64,000 nucleotides of DNA, taken from NCBI GenBank assembly GCA_963555815.3, contig CAUVWX020000001.1:544001-608000 (forward strand). The letters run 5' to 3'. Both the position numbers and the translations under genes were made by a program. The stretch is from a bacterium (GTDB taxonomy: Bacteria; UBA8248; JACPRG01; G963555815). The notes beneath the pieces are model-generated. The model was not told the DNA's origin. It saw only the letters and a program-made list of their open reading frames with translations, and made no database searches. Below, piece by piece: positions 59,296 to 64,000 of this stretch (its first letter is position 1; every line of letters begins with the position of its first letter).

Positions 59296-61353
59296 TCAAG
59301 CCCCTGGCGAGGGGGCAGGTTCCAGCGCCACATCGTAGCGGGAGAACTGCATCGAGTATGTGGCTCGGCCCTGGGTGGCCGAGCGAAGGTCGGTGCTGTA
59401 GCCGAAGAGGCGGGAAAGGGGCGCGCTGGCTTTGACGAGCTTCACTTTGCCCCTGTCCACAATGGCCTCCACCTTTCCTCTCCTTGCATTCAGGTCATTG
59501 ATGACAGCCCCGAGGAAGTCCTCGGGCACGACAATCTCGACCCTCATGAGGGGCTCAAGGAGGACTGGCCTTGCGCGCCCCAAGGCGGCTTGAAACGCCT
59601 TCGCGGCCGCCACCTCATAGGCCAGCTCTGTTGACTTCGACTCATTATAACTCCCACCCACCACCTGAGCCAAGAGGTCAACCACCTGGTACCCTCGAAG
59701 GGGCCCGCTCTGGGCCTGGAGGGTCATACTCTGCTCGAGGGCGGGCCAGAACTCGGCGGGGATCTCGGCCTCACTCAGGCGGACCCCTGACTTCAGTCCA
59801 GCACCCCTCGGAAGAGGTTCCACACGGACAACCGCCTGAGCGAACTGGATCTTTCCAGAAACCTCATGTTCAAAGACGCCTTCGGCCTCGGCCGCCTGGG
59901 CGATGGTCTCCCGATAGACGACCTGAGGCTTGCCCACCTTGACCTTCAGGCCGAATTCCTCAATCAGCCTCCGGACGAGAACATCCAGGTGGAGCTCCCC
60001 CATTCCCGAAAGAAGGGTTTGGCCGGTCTCCTCATCAACCCGGACCCGAAAGGTGGGGTCCTCGGCCATGAGCTTCTCCAGGGATTCGTTGAGCTTTTTC
60101 TCTTCAGCCGAGGACTGGGCCTCCAGGGCGATATCCATCACGGGGGTTGGGACCTGGAGACTCTCAAACTGGATGGGAGAGTCGCGGGGGCAGAGGGTAT
60201 CTCCGGTATAGGTCGCCTTGAGACCCGTCGCGGCGATAATGCTTCCTGGCCCGGCCACCTCCAGGCGCTCCCGCTTGTTGGAGAACATCCGAAAGATCCG
60301 GGCCGCCCGCTCCTCCACCGCTTGGTTGGCGTTGAAGACACTCGTCCCCGGCTTGATCTGACCCGAGTAGATCCGAAGATAGGTGAGCCGCCTTCCCTCG
60401 TCCGTGATGATCTTAAAGGCGAGGGCCGAGAGGGGGGCCTTGGGGTCGTGGGGCCGTTCGGCAGGATCCCCGGTCCTGGGATCGATCCCCTGGGTCGGCG
60501 GGAGATCCAGGGGGGAGGGCAAAAGATCCACCACAGCGTCCAGAAGCGGCTGGACCCCTTGGTTTCGAAGGCCGGAGCCCATGAGGACGGGGACGCCCCG
60601 ATTGGCCAGCGTGATCCTTCGAAGGGCCGCTCGGATGGCATCGGGGCTCGACCCCTCGCCACCCAGGTAGGCCGCGAGAAACGTCTCGTCCAGCTCGGCA
60701 ATGGACTCCAGGAGTCGCTCTCGCGCCTCCTGCGAGGTTTTTTCCAACTCCCCGGGGATATCAGTGATGAGGACGGCCTTCCCCTGGTCCTCGGAAGACC
60801 AGGTGAGGGCCCGTTCCTCGATCAGGTCCACCACTCCCCGAAAGCCCTGTTCGGCACCAATGGGGAGCTGAAGACAGAGGGGTTCGGCCCCCAACTTCTC
60901 TCGTATCTCCTGGAGGACGTGGGTGAACTCGGCCCCGATCCGGTCCAGCTTGTTGATGAAGGCGATGCGGGGGATCCGGTATCGGTCGGCCTGGTGCCAG
61001 ACCGTCTCGGATTGCGGTTCCACGCCCTCGACGGCGCTGAAGATGGCAATGGCCCCGTCCAGGATGCGAAGGCTGCGCTCCACCTCAATGGTGAAATCCA
61101 CGTGGCCCGGAGTGTCCAGGATGGTGACAAGGTAATCTTTCCACAAGATCGTGACGGCAGCCGCCGTGATGCTGATCCCGCGCCCGCGCTCCTGGGGCAT
61201 CCAATCCGTGGTGGCCAGGCCCTCATGGACCTCCCCCAGGCGGTGGATGCCGCCCGTGTAGAAAAGGATCCGCTCGGTGACGGTCGTCTTCCCGGCGTCA
61301 ATGTGGGAGATGATCCCGATGTTTCGGGTCTTTCGAAGATCGCGTTGAGGCAT
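59296..61353 (-). CDS. fusA: Elongation factor G (stand-alone paralog)
   Basis: SHIDAGKT, RGISI, DTPGH, NKLD, GMGELHL and LRSATQGR. Confidence 0.93.
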   Translation of the reverse strand: MPQRDLRKTRNIGIISHIDAGKTTVTERILFYTGGIHRLGEVHEGLATTDWMPQERGRGISITAAAVTILWKDYLVTILDTPGHVDFTIEVERSLRILDGAIAIFSAVEGVEPQSETVWHQADRYRIPRIAFINKLDRIGAEFTHVLQEIREKLGAEPLCLQLPIGAEQGFRGVVDLIEERALTWSSEDQGKAVLITDIPGELEKTSQEARERLLESIAELDETFLAAYLGGEGSSPDAIRAALRRITLANRGVPVLMGSGLRNQGVQPLLDAVVDLLPSPLDLPPTQGIDPRTGDPAERPHDPKAPLSALAFKIITDEGRRLTYLRIYSGQIKPGTSVFNANQAVEERAARIFRMFSNKRERLEVAGPGSIIAATGLKATYTGDTLCPRDSPIQFESLQVPTPVMDIALEAQSSAEEKKLNESLEKLMAEDPTFRVRVDEETGQTLLSGMGELHLDVLVRRLIEEFGLKVKVGKPQVVYRETIAQAAEAEGVFEHEVSGKIQFAQAVVRVEPLPRGAGLKSGVRLSEAEIPAEFWPALEQSMTLQAQSGPLRGYQVVDLLAQVVGGSYNESKSTELAYEVAAAKAFQAALGRARPVLLEPLMRVEIVVPEDFLGAVINDLNARRGKVEAIVDRGKVKLVKASAPLSRLFGYSTDLRSATQGRATYSMQFSRYDVALEPAPSPGA

Positions 61354-61384
61354 TAGGATACCCTGAGGGTTAATCCGGCTTAAA

Positions 61385-62419
61385 TTATTCCTCACGCCTG
61401 AGGTGGTCATGGCCGCTGATGTTGATGGGCTCCTCGGACCCGTCCCGTCGAAGGAGCCGCCCTGAGCCGGGGGAGGTCAGCTGTCCGATGCGCGTGAGGC
61501 GTGTCCCCGTCTCCTGGTGGACCCGGGCTGAGAGATCATCTACCGCCTCCGGCCTCACAGCGACCAGGAGCTCATAATCCTCCCCTCCCATGAGGGCCTG
61601 CTGGACCGGGTCAAGACCGAGATCAGGGGCGGCCGCCCGCAGGGCGTCCGAGAGCGGGAGGGCTTCGGCCTCGATGGAGGCGTCCAAATGGCTCTCATCC
61701 AGGAGCCGGAAAAGATCCCCTGCCAGGCCATCGCTGACGTCGATCATGGCGGTTGCAGCGCCCGAGAGGGCAATACATCTTCCTTCCTGAACCCGGGGGG
61801 TCGGGGTGATAAAGATCTCAACCAGGGAAAGAGACGCTGCCCCTTCAAGAGTTCGCCCCCGGCGCAACACCTCAAGGCCCGCCGCGGCATCCCCAAGCGC
61901 CCCTGTCACCATGAGGGCATCACCCACCCTCCCGCCGGAGCGGCGAAGGACCCGTTCAGGCTCTACTTCTCCCAGGAGGGTGACGTCGACGAGGAGTCCC
62001 CCGCTCGACCGCGCCGTGTTTCCCCCCACGATGACTGTCCCAAAACGTCCTGCCTCCGCCTTAAGACCCTCGTAGAGGGCGTCCACAAAGGCAGTGGGCG
62101 TTTCCTCGGAGAGACCGAGGGAGACCAGGGCATATCTTGGGACTCCCCCCATCGCGGCCATGTCGCTCAGGTTGATGGCCATGGCCTTTCGGCCGAGCTG
62201 CTCCGGGGTGAACTGGCCTGGGACGAAATGTTCGCCCTCCAAGAGGAGGTCGCAAGAGGCGAGGACGATCCTCCCAGGGGTGAAGGTGACCCCCGCGCTG
62301 TCATCCCCCAAGGGGACAACGACACCCTCATCGGCCTTGCCCAGGCGTTCTCGGATCCGATCGATGAGGCCGAACTCACCGACCTCTTTGACTCGCATCT
62401 CTGCTCTCCGGGCCTTCAC
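61385..62419 (-). CDS. thiL: Thiamine-monophosphate kinase
   Basis: GEFGLI, GDD, NLSDMAAMG, DVSDGL and GGEDYEL. Confidence 0.95.
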   Translation of the reverse strand: MKARRAEMRVKEVGEFGLIDRIRERLGKADEGVVVPLGDDSAGVTFTPGRIVLASCDLLLEGEHFVPGQFTPEQLGRKAMAINLSDMAAMGGVPRYALVSLGLSEETPTAFVDALYEGLKAEAGRFGTVIVGGNTARSSGGLLVDVTLLGEVEPERVLRRSGGRVGDALMVTGALGDAAAGLEVLRRGRTLEGAASLSLVEIFITPTPRVQEGRCIALSGAATAMIDVSDGLAGDLFRLLDESHLDASIEAEALPLSDALRAAAPDLGLDPVQQALMGGEDYELLVAVRPEAVDDLSARVHQETGTRLTRIGQLTSPGSGRLLRRDGSEEPINISGHDHLRREE

Positions 62420-63066
62420 AGGGCCGCCTCCATGGCCTTGCGAACAGATCTGGCCGTCCCTTCGGGATCCTTGGAGGCCATCACGGCGGAGATGAGGGCC
62501 GCCCCGGCCGCCCCTGTCTTTATCACCTGTTCCACCTCGTTGGGTCCGATGCCCCCGATCCCCACCACAGGGATACGGACGGCGGAAACAATGGCCGAAA
62601 ACCCCTCAGGACCGATGACGGGATTTTGCGTCTCCTTGGTCAGGGTGGCGAAGACAGGTCCGGCCCCCAGGTAGTCGGCCCCCTCGGCCTGGGCCTTTCT
62701 CGCTTCCTCGGGGGTATCGACTGAGCCCCCGATAATGAATTTAGACCCCGCCACCTTCCGGGCAGCGCGGACAGGCAGATCGTCGGTGCCCAGGTGGACC
62801 CCATCCGCCTCAACCGTTATCGCTACATCCAGGCGGTCGTTGACGATGAGGAGCGCCCCCGCCTCACTGGTGAGGCCTCGAAGCTTTTTGCCGAGGGCCA
62901 CCAATTCTCTCGCCGTCTTCCCCTTAGCGCGAAGCTGGATGGCCGTCGCACCCCCCTGAAGGGCCCCGTGAACCGCCTCCTCGAGGCTCCCCACCCCGGC
63001 GGACAGCACAAGGGCTTCATCGGTGATGACATAAAAGAGAAGACGCCCTCGGTCCAGCATAGGCAT
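62416..63066 (-). CDS. thiE: Thiamine-phosphate synthase
   Basis: QLRAK, IVNDR, GVHLG, TLTK and IGGI. Confidence 0.95.
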   Translation of the reverse strand: MPMLDRGRLLFYVITDEALVLSAGVGSLEEAVHGALQGGATAIQLRAKGKTARELVALGKKLRGLTSEAGALLIVNDRLDVAITVEADGVHLGTDDLPVRAARKVAGSKFIIGGSVDTPEEARKAQAEGADYLGAGPVFATLTKETQNPVIGPEGFSAIVSAVRIPVVGIGGIGPNEVEQVIKTGAAGAALISAVMASKDPEGTARSVRKAMEAAL

Positions 63067-63251
63067 TTAAAGATCCACAAGGAGCACCGTGTCCCCAGTC
63101 GAATCTATAAAGAGTGCCCCTCTCCCTGTCAAGGTAAGCTGGGCATAACTCTTTGAAACGTCCCCCGACCCAAGTTCTTTACATCCCCGCTCTCGGCGGA
63201 TACGATTGACCGACGCTCTAATAAAAACCCCATCCCAGGAGAGATCTAGAA

Positions 63252-63638
63252 ATGCTCGATCGGAATATGACCTTTAGCAAACTTTTCTTTTCTACCAAAG
63301 GCAGGATTCGCCGGCCCACCTATTGGATCGGTACGCTAGCTGTCACCGTTTTCGTTTATGTAGGAACGATCCTCGATCTCGTAATAGGAGCGCCAGGGAT
63401 TTTCACTGCTATTTTTTCGCTCCTCACCATTTGGCCTGGTATAGCGGTTGGAGTGAAACGGTGCCATGACCGAAATCGTTCAGGCTGGTTCCTATTAATC
63501 GTTCTTATCCCGATCGTCGGGTCAATTTGGCTTGTCATTGATCTTGGGTTGCTGATGGGAACTTCCGGCGGAAACCGCTTTGGCCGTGAACCCTCGACTG
63601 CCAAAGGAACCTCCGGCACAGAGGCGACGCCGCGTTAA
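63252..63638 (+). CDS. DUF805 family membrane protein
   Basis: GRIRR..YW, KRCHDRNRSGW and NRFG. Confidence 0.9.
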   Translation: MLDRNMTFSKLFFSTKGRIRRPTYWIGTLAVTVFVYVGTILDLVIGAPGIFTAIFSLLTIWPGIAVGVKRCHDRNRSGWFLLIVLIPIVGSIWLVIDLGLLMGTSGGNRFGREPSTAKGTSGTEATPR

Positions 63639-63744
63639 GACAACCAAAGCGTAATTGTTCATCGCTTCTCATGGCCTTGTGGTAATCTTCTCTTTCGAGG
63701 TGGCAAAGTGCCTTCAAGGGTTTCCCCCCGACCATTCTAGGGAT

Positions 63745-64000
63745 GTGGGAAAAAACGCTCGCCTTCTAATCCTGCTTGCCTTAAGCGGCTTCCTTTTCCC
63801 GCCTTTCGGGCTAACCGAAGGGCAAAGACCCTTTTTTGACGCCGAGAGGGCCTTCGGCCTCCTCAAAAAGCAGGTCTCCTTTGGCAGCCGAACTCCGGGT
63901 CGCCCGGGCCATGAGCGGGCCCTCACCTTTCTCCGGGATGAACTGAAGGCTCACTCCGACCGCTTTTCCGTCCAAGAGCTCCAGCACAAAAATCTTAACC
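63745..64000 (+). CDS. M28 peptidase/glutaminyl cyclase-like protein, partial (runs off window)
   Basis: Signal peptide followed by FDAERAFGLLKKQVSFGSRTPGRPGH. Confidence 0.7.
   Translation, partial: MGKNARLLILLALSGFLFPPFGLTEGQRPFFDAERAFGLLKKQVSFGSRTPGRPGHERALTFLRDELKAHSDRFSVQELQHKNLN

Noticed and set aside
59866..61356. Long antisense ORFs (496 aa opposite fusA, and similar ones opposite glcD, the TPR gene and thiL)
   Set aside because: Shadow ORFs expected from high-GC codon bias opposite well-conserved genes; no recognisable motifs.
1..64000. Complete TAG-to-sense reassignment (alternative genetic code)
   Set aside because: Many genes end in TAG at their expected C-termini. Readthrough would run rdgB into tRNA-Pro and push the P-ATPase and USP far into opposite-strand genes.
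1..64000. Transposases, integrases, prophage or defence genes
   Set aside because: No DDE, tyrosine/serine recombinase, phage structural or nuclease-system motifs were recognised.

Overview
A 64-kb, GC-rich window of bacterial chromosome, probably from an outer-membrane-bearing (diderm) lineage and possibly a metagenome assembly. The core genes are intact: gcvH, FBP aldolase/phosphatase, rlmN-coaD, rmuC-nadK-recN, amidase-GerMN-rph-rdgB-tRNA-Pro, pyrE, split transketolase, a stand-alone EF-G and thiE-thiL. Accessory blocks include glcDEF, a thiol-redox/copper/metal region (28.5-38.6 kb) and a damaged exopolysaccharide region (38.9-48.1 kb). Several things are hidden or split by the ORF track. 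(1) Two probable selenoproteins carry an in-frame TGA in UxxC motifs followed by SECIS-like hairpins; they bracket three TlpA redoxins, an SCO, a CtaG/Cox11 fusion, an orphan MerE-like protein and a tandem zinc-ribbon protein. (2) Three genes have a single in-frame TAG (glcF, SCO, outer-membrane barrel) and one has an in-frame TGA outside a Cys motif. (3) A 37-aa histone H1/protamine-like gene has 23 of 37 residues Lys/Arg. (4) There are three apparent deletion/fusion scars and an exact 130-bp tandem duplication. No CRISPR, rRNA, integrase or transposase was seen. All family calls come from motif recognition, not database searches.
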